Virus record (IMG/VR): IMGVR_UViG_3300001765_000030
Location: 96,001 to 160,000 of that record
Origin: a virus
Reading direction: 5' to 3' (one strand)
Length of the DNA: 64,000 nucleotides
The stretch's first letter is position 1. The number at the start of each line of letters is the position of its first letter. Made by a program: the position numbers and the translations under genes. Of this stretch, positions 10,025-20,417 are shown piece by piece. Under the pieces are notes generated by a model that worked only from the letters and a program-made list of their open reading frames with translations, was not told the origin of the DNA and did no database searches.

Positions 10025-11275
10025 ATGAGTCTGCTATACGATATAGCGAAGAGCCTATTTGAAAAACATACCGAGAATGAGAACCAGGATATTGCAAAAA
10101 ATCTTACCAAAATGCAAGGTAAGATGAATGCTATTACAAAAATGGCTAAAGATGCAATCTTCTCATATCCTGTACTGTTTTCAGAAGGTATTGTGGCAAA
10201 CGATGAAGATCTTATGTACGCTATTTGCGGATATTTGGAGACTCAATACGCCGCATTTACAATGATCGCAATGGGTTTAAACCCAGTGTTTGCAGGTAAT
10301 GATCCAAAATCTCATATCGCAACATTCTACTCTGAGGAAAATCTTGCAGACTTTGAAAGATTTGAACTTAAACCTAATGCTACAATTAGCGTTGGTGGTG
10401 GAAAGTTTAAAAATAAAGTAACTGAAGAGCATCTTAAAGAGTACCAAAGTTTTGAAGGTGTAGATTCTGGTAGTAAAGAAATTATCAAAGAAGAAACTGG
10501 AGATTTCAAACGCGATAAACGTGGAAATCCTCTCATAGGTACTGATGGAAAAAAGATTCGTGAAACTCGCGAAATCGAACTTGGTATCTCTGCAAGACTT
10601 GCTAAACTTGAAACAAAAGTTAGATCTAGCGATCCTACAATTGTCAATGTTAAGCTTAAGATGGCTGAAAATCAACATGAAGTTGAGTTTCCTATCGCAG
10701 TTAAAGCAATGCCTCGTTTCGTAACAACTGGTGAATCTACACGGATTTTCTCATATCTTCGTGATGATAAACCTCTTGTACGTATCGTAAAACTTCTTTC
10801 TGGCGAAATCGGTCTGTTCAAAGATATTATTCTTCAAATGGAACGTGCTAAGAAAGATAAAGAACTCTATGCTAAGCTTGGAAGACATCCTTGGTTTAGA
10901 GAGATGATGGAACGTAGAACTGGTCGCAAATGGAATGGATTAGCACAGCTTATTCCAGGAATTTCCGATTTTGTTAAAGGTAGACCTGATGTACTCCCAA
11001 TCTGTTCTCTTTGTGTAACTAAAGATGAAATCGAAAAAGGTTTCAGTAATCTTTGGGCAAACATCAAGAAATCCGATGAGAATATCATGGATAAACTGAT
11101 GCTCCTGTGTCTTTGTATCGTAGATACAACTACACGAACTGTTGAATTTGACTTCTATGGTCTTAAAAACAATACCGTTATTCGTGCAGATAGCCTTATC
11201 AAAGACTATGCTGGTGGAAATAAAGATGGTAAAGATATGGAAAAATTGATCCAATCCCTTATTTATAAAGTTTAA
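10025..11275 (+). CDS. Probable virion structural protein
   Basis: 416 aa, AGGAG RBS, late-type motif upstream, first gene of the head-protein cluster. Confidence 0.5.
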   Translation: MSLLYDIAKSLFEKHTENENQDIAKNLTKMQGKMNAITKMAKDAIFSYPVLFSEGIVANDEDLMYAICGYLETQYAAFTMIAMGLNPVFAGNDPKSHIATFYSEENLADFERFELKPNATISVGGGKFKNKVTEEHLKEYQSFEGVDSGSKEIIKEETGDFKRDKRGNPLIGTDGKKIRETREIELGISARLAKLETKVRSSDPTIVNVKLKMAENQHEVEFPIAVKAMPRFVTTGESTRIFSYLRDDKPLVRIVKLLSGEIGLFKDIILQMERAKKDKELYAKLGRHPWFREMMERRTGRKWNGLAQLIPGISDFVKGRPDVLPICSLCVTKDEIEKGFSNLWANIKKSDENIMDKLMLLCLCIVDTTTRTVEFDFYGLKNNTVIRADSLIKDYAGGNKDGKDMEKLIQSLIYKV

Positions 11276-11287
11276 TGGAGAATTAAA

Positions 11288-12463
11288 GTGACTAAAACAT
11301 TTTCGTTTGAATCATTTGCAGATCTTTTGAAGAGTGATCCTTCCAAGCTTATCGATTCAGCTTTCAAAAAGGCTGAAAAGAATAAAAAAGATGGTGAAAA
11401 AACAGGATTTTTATCTAATGTAAGACACAACACCATCGTGGCGAATATAACTGTAAAACGTTATATCGATCTCATTGAAGGTAAAAATGGTCCAACTCCA
11501 AGACGTTATATCGACGAGATTGAACAGACTGAAGGTATTTACGGTAAACGTAATTCAAAAATTCGTTTCTCTGTAAAATCTATGTCAGATCTTATCTCTA
11601 AAGCTAAACGAGTTTCTAAGAGCGGATACACTGTGCTCGATCTTCATGAACGTCTCTATAAACAGGTTAACAGTTCTAAATGGGGAGATGCTTTCAACAA
11701 AGCATATAAACTCCATAAGAAAGGTGTTAAATCTGCAACTATGGTTTTCATGAAGTATGTATTCATGGTATATGCTCTTGAATATCTAACTCTTACTCTT
11801 AGAGAGTATGCTAAAGATATTTCGATTGGATTGTTTGATGAAGTTAACAAAGCTTACACTTCAAAATATCGTTCATTCGTATCCGCTACTGCAGAAAACG
11901 TTGTGCCTATCGTAGTTTCTTGCGAAAACACTTCAGATCCTAAAAAATATGTAGACGGTGTGATTAAAATCGAAAAGAAGAAATCTTCTGAAGAAAATTA
12001 TCATATCGATACTATTAATCCTGATCTGGATAAAGTTTCTCAGGAAGATGCTATCGGTGCGGCTGTAATGTATGGTGCTCTTAGTATTGTAGTTGCAATC
12101 GCTGTAGTTCATGGTTTGAGATATATCATTTACTCATTATCATGCCTTACAGTTGATATCTCCAAATCTCTTATCGATCAATCTTATACTCTTCTTGTAG
12201 GGATTGAGCATCTTGAAACTAAACTTTCAGGATTGAAACCAGATTCAAGAGAATATAAAGAGCTTCAGACTACAATCGAGAAACAGAAGCAGATGACTGC
12301 AGTACTGATCGATGTTGCTCGGCAGCTTTCTGGGGATGACATTGAAAGTCTTGATGACATCCGTTCCAAAGAACTCCAGGATAATGACACTATTGAAGAT
12401 TCTGAATCTGAAGAGGATGAAGATAATTCTGGAAATAGTGGTTCTGGCGGTCTTGATATCTAA
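11288..12463 (+). CDS. Probable internal head/ejection protein with a hydrophobic segment
   Basis: GTG start with GGAG RBS; SFES near the N-terminus; hydrophobic AIGAAVMYGALSIVVAIAVV after SQED. Confidence 0.5.
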   Translation: MTKTFSFESFADLLKSDPSKLIDSAFKKAEKNKKDGEKTGFLSNVRHNTIVANITVKRYIDLIEGKNGPTPRRYIDEIEQTEGIYGKRNSKIRFSVKSMSDLISKAKRVSKSGYTVLDLHERLYKQVNSSKWGDAFNKAYKLHKKGVKSATMVFMKYVFMVYALEYLTLTLREYAKDISIGLFDEVNKAYTSKYRSFVSATAENVVPIVVSCENTSDPKKYVDGVIKIEKKKSSEENYHIDTINPDLDKVSQEDAIGAAVMYGALSIVVAIAVVHGLRYIIYSLSCLTVDISKSLIDQSYTLLVGIEHLETKLSGLKPDSREYKELQTTIEKQKQMTAVLIDVARQLSGDDIESLDDIRSKELQDNDTIEDSESEEDEDNSGNSGSGGLDI

Positions 12464-12488
12464 ATAATGAATATATACTGATATTAAT

Positions 12489-12502
12489 AACATATTAGTG
12501 TA
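12489..12502 (+). promoter_or_regulatory. Late-type promoter motif
   Basis: AACA-TATTAG-TGTA. Confidence 0.65.
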
Positions 12503-12606
12503 TGAATAAACCGTATGATATTCGATAAAAGCTTTGACGGGTTTCAATTATCGTGTTGAGTACAACGATTTACAAAACAAATATCGTAATTTTGTGGAGG
12601 AAAAAG

Positions 12607-13707
12607 ATGAATGATCTTTCTCTTGAGAGCATGATTGGCAGCCTGTTTCAGGAAACTGCTAAATTCGGCCTTGAATCAGAAGACCTTGTAGATGAAACTG
12701 GTGAAGTTCCTGCGGAAATCACTGACGTTATCGAATCTGACGAATATGAAACTGGTACTGTTGCTGATGAAGTAACTGGAACAGACGAACCTGACGGTGA
12801 TGAAGTTGTAACTGGTGATGTTGCTACATCTGAAGTTCCTGCTGGCGACTCTCCTGCTCTTGCTGAAGAATCTGCTCGCCACCTGGGTGATGCTGCTCTT
12901 ATGGCATTTGCACTCCGTACTGCTGAATCTTATCAGTGGTCTAACGAGTCTGAAGACAACGTGTTCAAAAAATTCTGGGCATGGATCAAAAAGATTTTTG
13001 AAAAAATCAAACTTGGTCTTGTCACTTTCTTCCGTCGCGTTTCTATCTGGATCGCCGGCGACATGAAGAAATATGAAAAATGGGCTCGTGAAAACAAATC
13101 AGATCTTGCAAAAGCTGAAGGTAATGCTAAAGCTATGGAAGTTACAATGAAACTGAAACTCCCTCAGGCTGGTGCGCTTAAAGAAACTCGTGCGAGCATT
13201 GTAACTTTTGTTGACCTTGTTACCAAAAAATCTGGCGCGATCGCTAGTGACAATGCTGATGAGTTTAAATCCATTCTCGAAACTGCTGACAAAAACACAG
13301 TTAAGAAAATGAATGAAACTATGTATGGTAAAGATGCATCTGCTAAAGAAGTTAAAGCTTCTGAGTTCCTTAAAACTCTTGAAAATGGAACATCTGGTTT
13401 CGGCGCAGCTCTTGCGACTATTTCTGCTGACATTCGTAAACAGAATGAAGGTAATGCAAAGCTCATTAAAGATGCATCTGAAGCAGTAAAAGTTGCAAAT
13501 ACTAATGCTAATGGTAATTCGAATGCTACTGATGATCAGAAAAAGAACCGTAAGAAAAACGCTCAGGCGTTCCAGATTATGCTTAACAATGCAACCCAGG
13601 TGAACATTTGGGCTACATCAGAGCGTATCAAAATTGCTGGTAACGCGCTTCGTTTTGCTCAGAAAGTTCTCGCGAAACATAAAGGTTCTGCTGAGAAAAA
13701 AGATTAA
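12607..13707 (+). CDS. Internal head protein (phiKZ gp93-97/SPN3US-like paralog family), with acidic propeptide
   Basis: Start moved to ATG 12607 (GGAGG RBS). Acidic N-terminus with SLES/GLES/TAES, then amphipathic FKKFWAWIKKIFEKIK. Strongly biased codons. Confidence 0.65.
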   Translation: MNDLSLESMIGSLFQETAKFGLESEDLVDETGEVPAEITDVIESDEYETGTVADEVTGTDEPDGDEVVTGDVATSEVPAGDSPALAEESARHLGDAALMAFALRTAESYQWSNESEDNVFKKFWAWIKKIFEKIKLGLVTFFRRVSIWIAGDMKKYEKWARENKSDLAKAEGNAKAMEVTMKLKLPQAGALKETRASIVTFVDLVTKKSGAIASDNADEFKSILETADKNTVKKMNETMYGKDASAKEVKASEFLKTLENGTSGFGAALATISADIRKQNEGNAKLIKDASEAVKVANTNANGNSNATDDQKKNRKKNAQAFQIMLNNATQVNIWATSERIKIAGNALRFAQKVLAKHKGSAEKKD

Positions 13708-13733
13708 TCTTTTATCGGCATTATCAATATCTG

Positions 13734-13759
13734 AGAGACTGCGGGAAACCGCAGTCTCT
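13734..13759 (+). terminator. Intrinsic terminator with a GAAA loop
   Basis: agagactgcgg-gaaa-ccgcagtctct + T-run. Confidence 0.85.
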
Positions 13760-13772
13760 TTTTATTCTTCGA

Positions 13773-13786
13773 AACATATTAATGTG
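13773..13786 (+). promoter_or_regulatory. Late-type promoter motif
   Basis: AACA-TATTAA-TGTG. Confidence 0.65.
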
Positions 13787-13815
13787 ATAAATAGATACTC
13801 TAATTGGAGATTAAT

Positions 13816-15090
13816 ATGAAAAGACGATTCCTTACAGGCGATGTATCTCTGGAAGATGCTATTGTTCAAGTAACACTCAAACGCGATAGAATTCTTGGTC
13901 TTGAATCAAATGACCTCACATCTGTTGATGATGATGGTGTTGAAGAAGAAGATTTCGGTATTACAAATATTCTTGAAGATGATATCACTTACAATTCGAT
14001 AACTCTCTCACAAGAAACACAACGATACCTTACAGACGCAAAACTTCTCGATTATGCTCTTCGTGCTGCAGAAAATCATCTATGGGCTTCAGAGGGTGGT
14101 GGCGCAATAGCTGCTATGCGTATGAGACGTAAGCCTCATGGTACTGACAGTAACGTAGGAGATTCACATTCAAATCATTCCAATAATATGGAAGATGAAG
14201 AAGATCTTCTCAAACTTCCATTAGGTACAGATGAAAATGAGCCTGTTGAAGGTGAAAAAATCTCTACAGAAGCTGAATCTGACACTGCAGTAAACAATGA
14301 TAGTGCTTGGAGTAAATTTTGGAAATTCGTTAAACGGATATTCGAAAACATTCGTATTGCAGTAGTATCCTTCTTCAAACGTGTTTATATTTGGATTGCC
14401 GGAGATATGGCGAAATTTACCAAATGGTATAATGAATATGAACCTAAGTATGGTAAAGAGATTCGTGAGAGCGAAGTAACTCTTAAGATTAAACCTATCA
14501 AACTTAAGTTTGAAGAGTTTAATTCTACTACTCGTAAAGATTTCGATGAAGTTATTAAAACTGCTGAAGATGGTGCTAAAGTTCTTGAGGCTGGTATGAC
14601 ATCACAAGTTGTGTCAACTAGCATAACAACTGGACGTTTCTTCAAGAAAGTTACAGTAACTTCAAACTCTATCGATTATAAAGAGATTGGTATCGCTTAT
14701 AAAGAAGAAGCTGATAAAGTTTCTCTTAAAACTCTAAGTGAAAAACTCTATGGAGATAATCGCGTAAGAGAAGTTAAAGCTTCTGAATTCTTTAAACTAT
14801 TTCCTTTGGATATGCTCGCTAAAGGGAATGAAGTTAAAAATATTCTTAAGACTTCCGAAGATACAATCCGCACAGCTTCACGAGGCATTAAAAGCTCCGT
14901 CAAGGCGACAAAGGTTGAAAATAAGGAGAATAGAAAACTTATTAAGACTGTTGCAAGTAACCTGCAGGTAGGTCTTAACACCATTTCAACTGGATTAGTT
15001 TGGTCTACTTCGGCTCATATTACATTGATGAATGTATGTTTGAGATACGGTAAAAAAGCTGTTAAAAAGATTCAGGGTGAAAAGAAATAA
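13816..15090 (+). CDS. Internal head protein, paralog of 12607..13707
   Basis: Shares YALRAAE, WSKFWKFVKRIFENIR..VVSFFKRVYIWIAGDM and EVKASEF with the upstream gene. Start moved to ATG 13816. Confidence 0.65.
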   Translation: MKRRFLTGDVSLEDAIVQVTLKRDRILGLESNDLTSVDDDGVEEEDFGITNILEDDITYNSITLSQETQRYLTDAKLLDYALRAAENHLWASEGGGAIAAMRMRRKPHGTDSNVGDSHSNHSNNMEDEEDLLKLPLGTDENEPVEGEKISTEAESDTAVNNDSAWSKFWKFVKRIFENIRIAVVSFFKRVYIWIAGDMAKFTKWYNEYEPKYGKEIRESEVTLKIKPIKLKFEEFNSTTRKDFDEVIKTAEDGAKVLEAGMTSQVVSTSITTGRFFKKVTVTSNSIDYKEIGIAYKEEADKVSLKTLSEKLYGDNRVREVKASEFFKLFPLDMLAKGNEVKNILKTSEDTIRTASRGIKSSVKATKVENKENRKLIKTVASNLQVGLNTISTGLVWSTSAHITLMNVCLRYGKKAVKKIQGEKK

Positions 15091-15099
15091 CTCTAGGTT

Positions 15100-15127
15100 A
15101 ATATAGGGGGAGATATCCCCCTATATT
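15100..15127 (+). terminator. GGGGA/TCCCC-family hairpin
   Basis: aatatagggggagatatccccctatatt. Confidence 0.75.
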
Positions 15128-15135
15128 TTAACTTA

Positions 15136-15149
15136 AACATCTTATTGTA
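15136..15149 (+). promoter_or_regulatory. Late-type promoter motif
   Basis: AACA-TCTTAT-TGTA. Confidence 0.6.
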
Positions 15150-15170
15150 ATAAAAAATAAGGGAGCGTAT

Positions 15171-16982
15171 ATGTCTATTCCATTATATGATCAATTAGAT
15201 GAATTGGAAACTAACTATAATAGTTGGTTAAAACCTTTTATCTATGACATACTTAAGAAGATCTCAAATAATGAAAACTTCTATCTGAAAAGTACTGCAG
15301 AGCTTCGTAAATATTTTGACACAGTGTGTGTATCACCAATAAGCGTTACAGATGCTATGGAGAGATTGATAATAGAGGATGACGACTCTAATTTCAAGAA
15401 AATGTACATAACTGGTGTAAAACATGATGAACACATTGTTAGTATACGCCACGTGTTCTATGAGGATAACTTTACTAACATTATCAAAGTTATCGAGTAT
15501 CTCATATCAGTTAAGGATATGGTTAAATCTAAGCATAGAAATTATGTAAATGCTGTAGGTTATCTTGAATCTTTCCTCAATAATATCAGAATGTTATCTA
15601 TCTTTGTGGATGATAAAGATATACTAAATTCAAATATTAAAGATGGTCTTGAACGCATGCTTGATAGCGTTATGGATCGTGTATACTTTGAAGAGACTGA
15701 TGGAAAGTTTCAGTTAGTTGACGATAGCGAACGTAGTAGTGAAAGTATATGGGCGTATTCATTTGAAGAAGATAAATCTCCGGATGAAGGGAATAAAGAA
15801 ATTGATGATGTTAAAAGTGATAGAGAACGTACAAAATCTATCGGTAAAGCAGCTTTGAAAGTAAAGAATGCTATAGATACAGGTAGATTGAAAGTTAAAA
15901 ACTTCTTCGATAAATTCAATATTCCTAGAGATTTATTCTATAAGAATAATATTGGGAAGATTGATCACCTGTATAAACATTACGCTGGCGAAGCTACAGT
16001 TGTTGAGAATGACCTTCTCGGAGATCCAGTTGAAATACTGATGGAAAAATGTGGCCCATATCTAGCTGGTTTGATTGATAAGATCTTAGGGATTTATCAC
16101 AACTATAATAATCATATGAATAAACTATTCCAATCTAAAAGTTACAGTGATATGATTAAAGAAGTTGAAAGTTACCTTTCATTTAAAGGTATACAGTTAA
16201 ACGATAAATCTCCTACAAGTGATGTTAAAAAGGCTATAGCGATGGACGTTCGTCATAGAGTTGCGAAAGCATTGCTTGACGGAGTTGAAGTATATGGATA
16301 TACTGTTGCAAGTATAACTGAGAAGAAGTATCCTCCAATACATCATGTTATGGTGTCATTGTTTATGGAAAAACCTCACGAAAAACCTACAGAACGTTCC
16401 GTTGGAGATGTTTTCAAATCTGCCGATTCATTCAAGTTGATGGGTCGTGAAATGAAAAAGATCGTAATGGAATCATCTCAGATTGTTAATCAAAAACTTG
16501 CAGGTGTAAGTGTTGAAAATGATTTCAAAAAGATTACAGGTCATATGAAATCGTTTAAACAACACATGAACCATAGTAAACTTGAGGTTAATAGTAAATC
16601 TGAAGATGCTTCTGGATCAGATAAAGAGAAGAGTCGTGATTTGAAAAAGATGCTTTCAATCCTTAAGGATCATAAAAGTATACTTGAATCATTTATTCCT
16701 CTATTTATCTACGTATCTGAAGCCGGGAATGTAATGTATGATATTGCGATGAAGATAGATTTCACATGTCAAGATGCTCTCAAATCTCTATTGAATATTG
16801 AAAGATCTAAATCTGACCCACGATATCGATACGATACATCTCGTAATAAAGATATGGTTACAAGTGTTGATAAAGAAAATGGTACAAATCAAGTCAATAC
16901 AGGAAGTAAACGTAGAAAAATACTAAATGAGGCTCGTCAGAAACAAGTGTCAGATAGTGGAACTACAGAGTTCAATTACTAA
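15171..16982 (+). CDS. Probable virion (head) protein
   Basis: 603 aa, own late-type motif, SSES/SFEE followed by an amphipathic helix. Confidence 0.45.
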   Translation: MSIPLYDQLDELETNYNSWLKPFIYDILKKISNNENFYLKSTAELRKYFDTVCVSPISVTDAMERLIIEDDDSNFKKMYITGVKHDEHIVSIRHVFYEDNFTNIIKVIEYLISVKDMVKSKHRNYVNAVGYLESFLNNIRMLSIFVDDKDILNSNIKDGLERMLDSVMDRVYFEETDGKFQLVDDSERSSESIWAYSFEEDKSPDEGNKEIDDVKSDRERTKSIGKAALKVKNAIDTGRLKVKNFFDKFNIPRDLFYKNNIGKIDHLYKHYAGEATVVENDLLGDPVEILMEKCGPYLAGLIDKILGIYHNYNNHMNKLFQSKSYSDMIKEVESYLSFKGIQLNDKSPTSDVKKAIAMDVRHRVAKALLDGVEVYGYTVASITEKKYPPIHHVMVSLFMEKPHEKPTERSVGDVFKSADSFKLMGREMKKIVMESSQIVNQKLAGVSVENDFKKITGHMKSFKQHMNHSKLEVNSKSEDASGSDKEKSRDLKKMLSILKDHKSILESFIPLFIYVSEAGNVMYDIAMKIDFTCQDALKSLLNIERSKSDPRYRYDTSRNKDMVTSVDKENGTNQVNTGSKRRKILNEARQKQVSDSGTTEFNY

Positions 16983-16986
16983 AAAA

Positions 16987-17014
16987 AAGATATGGGGAGT
17001 GATCCCCATATCTT
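16987..17014. terminator. GGGGA/TCCCC-family hairpin
   Basis: aagatatggggagtgatccccatatctt. Confidence 0.75.
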
Positions 17015-18386
17015 AATCGTTTAATTCTGCTAACATTATAGTCTCATAACTTATGAAAACATTATCCGAACTAATATCATTATCTCTCACAAATTCTTGA
17101 TTGAAAGATAAAATAGGAAATAATTTATCAACAAATCTATTATTGTCAACTTCTTTGTCACTATTCATACGTATAGAGAATATCACATTTGGACGGAGAC
17201 AATCTAAATCCATACCTTCAGTATTTACAACATATGTTTTAGTTATACCGAGTTCTTCGAGTACACTAAACATATTGAAACTATTATTTAGTTCGTCATA
17301 TTCAAATGACAATCCAACTCCAGTTTTTGAATGACTTAGAGTATTCCTTAAGAATTCCCTAGATGCAGGTTTTACACTTGCGAGTTTACCATCCTCAAAA
17401 TAGAAAGCTTCAGTTCCAATACCAAAGTTCGTGAATACTATACTATCTCCAAACACTTCACCTGCAGCAATACCTATAGAATTATCCTCTAATTCTTTAT
17501 AGTTATAATGCTGTATGACAGCGTCATCTAAGTATATCATTGAACCATGAGCAGTTTTTTCACGATTTGTATCAATTACTAACTCACATTTTCTTATACG
17601 ACCTTCTTCATATTCGTGAGATTTCGAATATCTGTTCAAGATATACATCCGATTATCCATATCATAGAATGATAAAATGCCTTTCAAATATACTCCATAT
17701 AACATTTGAAGCATATCGATACTATTTTTGACATTTCCAGGAGGAATAACGATATTCTCATATGGTAGCATATTGTCCGGCATATCCAATATATACCCGC
17801 CAACATTTATATTCTCACATATAAATCTAAGAGCAGTGTCAACTGTTATAATCGATGAGTCTTTTCCACCACGTAATACGAAATTTAAGTTTCTCTTATA
17901 CATTGTATAGTAATCTATTGTATTCATATAGAATCTGACCTGATAAAGGTTCATATTTCTACTTAAATCGTTAGAATACATTTCATCAATTTGCTGAGGC
18001 TCTCCTTCAGGAATTGGCACAGTATCTTCGTTCTCACGAAGATTCATTACATCTTCAGTTTCAATTATTGGAACAAGTACCGTATCATACAATATAGTTT
18101 TTTCTACTACAACACGGTCTTTAACGTCTGAAGAATTAGTATATTTAAGCTTATAAAGGATGAATTTGCACATCATAGTGTTTTCATTATTCTTTATAAT
18201 CTTAACGTGACCAGTATTCAACATCGTCGTAATTGTAAGCATAGGGGTAAAATGTTTAGCATAATCAATATATCTAGACATACCTTTAATACGTACAGGT
18301 TGAAATGACTCATTTCCCGATTCAGTATATAGAGTCATTTCAACTTCATATCTGATTCTAAAACTTTCTTTAGGTTCTTCAGCCAT
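17013..18386 (-). CDS. Hypothetical protein, possibly baseplate hub-like
   Basis: 457 aa, beta-rich, in a late-type operon. The hub assignment is a weak impression. Confidence 0.35.
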   Translation of the reverse strand: MAEEPKESFRIRYEVEMTLYTESGNESFQPVRIKGMSRYIDYAKHFTPMLTITTMLNTGHVKIIKNNENTMMCKFILYKLKYTNSSDVKDRVVVEKTILYDTVLVPIIETEDVMNLRENEDTVPIPEGEPQQIDEMYSNDLSRNMNLYQVRFYMNTIDYYTMYKRNLNFVLRGGKDSSIITVDTALRFICENINVGGYILDMPDNMLPYENIVIPPGNVKNSIDMLQMLYGVYLKGILSFYDMDNRMYILNRYSKSHEYEEGRIRKCELVIDTNREKTAHGSMIYLDDAVIQHYNYKELEDNSIGIAAGEVFGDSIVFTNFGIGTEAFYFEDGKLASVKPASREFLRNTLSHSKTGVGLSFEYDELNNSFNMFSVLEELGITKTYVVNTEGMDLDCLRPNVIFSIRMNSDKEVDNNRFVDKLFPILSFNQEFVRDNDISSDNVFISYETIMLAELND

Positions 18387-18387
18387 A

Positions 18388-19422
18388 TTAATTACCCATT
18401 AACCAAAAAGTGTTAAGTGTCAAATCATCATACTTCGAGAAATCATTATATGAATGTATCGCATTTGTATGCAATTTACTGCTCCATATTTTTAGTAATG
18501 TTTTCCCTAATGAAAATGTTTTATTTTGAAAGTCTGGATCAACCTGTTTAAGTCTAATTCCAAACAATTGTACATCACTATCCGATAATCCTAATCCTTC
18601 AACAATAGATTCAAAATTATCTTTATCAACGATCTCTCTGCAGTTCTCAAATATCTTTGAGTATACTATACTAGACTGCTTTCTCTTGAGGGATTCCAAT
18701 CTAGGAAAACCGTTATGAAATCCTAATAGGGATAACATAGATGATATTAATCCTACGTTTCGAGATGATATAAATACATCATCTTTCTCAACTTTAAGAT
18801 AATCAGAATTGAAGAATACGTCTGTTCCACCTGTTATATGACCATGCTTGATATTAATCATTTCAGGATCAATTCTCAACAATTGGAACATCATCGTATT
18901 GTTTCCAATATAAACAATACGATTAGTTCTCTTACTCTCACTATTAAGGGAGAATATATTCATTGCAGTGAAGTATGCTACATTTTGATATATAAACTTA
19001 GTTTCATCTTCCAATCTTTCAACGAAGATTGTTTTTCTGAATAAGTTTAATAATCTACCTATAAGCGCAAATGTCTTCTGATATTTAACATAATGAGAAC
19101 CATTTGAAGCATACATTATCAATACTGAGGCACATTTAAGGGATGTAGACGAATGATGTCTATAATGTCCAGCAACGTTCAATATTCCATATACTAATGC
19201 AGTGATAGTCTTATCATCTAGATCAGTATCAGTGAATCCTGAATCAGGAGATATATTTGCAATACGTTCAATAATAGATATCATATAACTAATATCTATC
19301 AGATAAACATACTTATTTTGAGGATTATTTATGAGGTTTTTAGAAGCAAAGAATTCATTAAGTTTTGAATATTGCATCTTTGCACTGTTACAACCGATAT
19401 CAATATTTTCAATTTTCATCAT
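18388..19422 (-). CDS. Hypothetical protein, possibly a degenerate PIN/5'-3' exonuclease-like fold
   Basis: N-terminal YVYLIDISY strand-helix resembles the first motif of FEN/T4 RNase H. Later acidic motifs are not evident. Confidence 0.35.
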   Translation of the reverse strand: MMKIENIDIGCNSAKMQYSKLNEFFASKNLINNPQNKYVYLIDISYMISIIERIANISPDSGFTDTDLDDKTITALVYGILNVAGHYRHHSSTSLKCASVLIMYASNGSHYVKYQKTFALIGRLLNLFRKTIFVERLEDETKFIYQNVAYFTAMNIFSLNSESKRTNRIVYIGNNTMMFQLLRIDPEMINIKHGHITGGTDVFFNSDYLKVEKDDVFISSRNVGLISSMLSLLGFHNGFPRLESLKRKQSSIVYSKIFENCREIVDKDNFESIVEGLGLSDSDVQLFGIRLKQVDPDFQNKTFSLGKTLLKIWSSKLHTNAIHSYNDFSKYDDLTLNTFWLMGN

Positions 19423-19438
19423 TATTCCTTTGAGTATT

Positions 19439-19452
19439 TACATTAGAATGTT
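19439..19452 (-). promoter_or_regulatory. Late-type promoter motif
   Basis: AACA-TTCTAA-TGTA. Confidence 0.65.
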
Positions 19453-19480
19453 TAGGGGTTTATATATAGACATTACATAC

Positions 19481-19494
19481 AACAATAGAATGTG
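19481..19494 (+). promoter_or_regulatory. Late-type promoter motif
   Basis: AACA-ATAGAA-TGTG. Confidence 0.65.
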
Positions 19495-19515
19495 GGAAAC
19501 ATTATTGGAGGAATT

Positions 19516-20388
19516 ATGAAATTACCTGAGCATTTAACGATAAAGAATTTTAATAACCCTACCGGAACTGCCGTAAGTACTGTACCAATTATACGGGATT
19601 TAACCAATAGATATAACCTTGTTGTATCAAAAACTGGCATAAGTATGAAGGTCTATAACGACCATAAATCTATAGTATTCGTTGTCAAAGTTCCTTCTGA
19701 AAAGAATTTTAGATATAAGAAGAATATTTTCTATGATGTGATAGTTGAGTTTTATCCTATAGCATCGCTTGATCAGGAAGAAGATAAGAGTGTTCGTGAA
19801 TATGGTATGCGAGTTTATTCGAATTGTCCATCATTTACATACACATTTACTCATGTTTATGGGAAAATGAATTCATTGTATCGTAAGATCGATCAATCGA
19901 TGTATAGTGAAAAAGCTCTTAAAGAACCTGCTAATATTAAAAACCCTTACAAATTGTCTGGTATAGAAAAAACTCTATGGTATGCATTACGTTATGTACA
20001 GGATAAAACAGGGTTTAATAAAAAATCTATTGAAGGTTATATCGAAACGGTTCCTGCAAATTTTAAATTTCCTGGCAATATATTCGATGGAATTGTATCT
20101 CAAGAAGGTAAGATTCAAGAGATACATGATACTGAAATGATAAAGCTTAAGAGTAGAAAGTCTAAAGCTCAGTCAACAACCAGAGAGTTTGTTATCGATG
20201 GTAAAACTATTGGCGGCAGAGAAGAAAGATCTAAATCCAATAAACAGGGTAACTTGGCAACTACTATAAATAATAGGTTGGATGACTCTAAAGCTATAAT
20301 GCAAAATAGACTCTCTAAAGATCAATCTAACAAATTGGATTCCAAAGCTACAAATAGTAGCATATTCAAATCACGACTAAAGAAATAA
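19516..20388 (+). CDS. Hypothetical protein
   Basis: Start moved to ATG 19516 (GGAGGA RBS); late-type motif at 19481; basic C-terminal tail. Confidence 0.7.
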   Translation: MKLPEHLTIKNFNNPTGTAVSTVPIIRDLTNRYNLVVSKTGISMKVYNDHKSIVFVVKVPSEKNFRYKKNIFYDVIVEFYPIASLDQEEDKSVREYGMRVYSNCPSFTYTFTHVYGKMNSLYRKIDQSMYSEKALKEPANIKNPYKLSGIEKTLWYALRYVQDKTGFNKKSIEGYIETVPANFKFPGNIFDGIVSQEGKIQEIHDTEMIKLKSRKSKAQSTTREFVIDGKTIGGREERSKSNKQGNLATTINNRLDDSKAIMQNRLSKDQSNKLDSKATNSSIFKSRLKK

Positions 20389-20415
20389 TATAGTGGGGAA
20401 TATCCCCACTATATT
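20387..20415. terminator. GGGGA/TCCCC-family hairpin
   Basis: aatatagtggggaatatccccactatatt. Confidence 0.75.
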
Positions 20416-20417
20416 TA

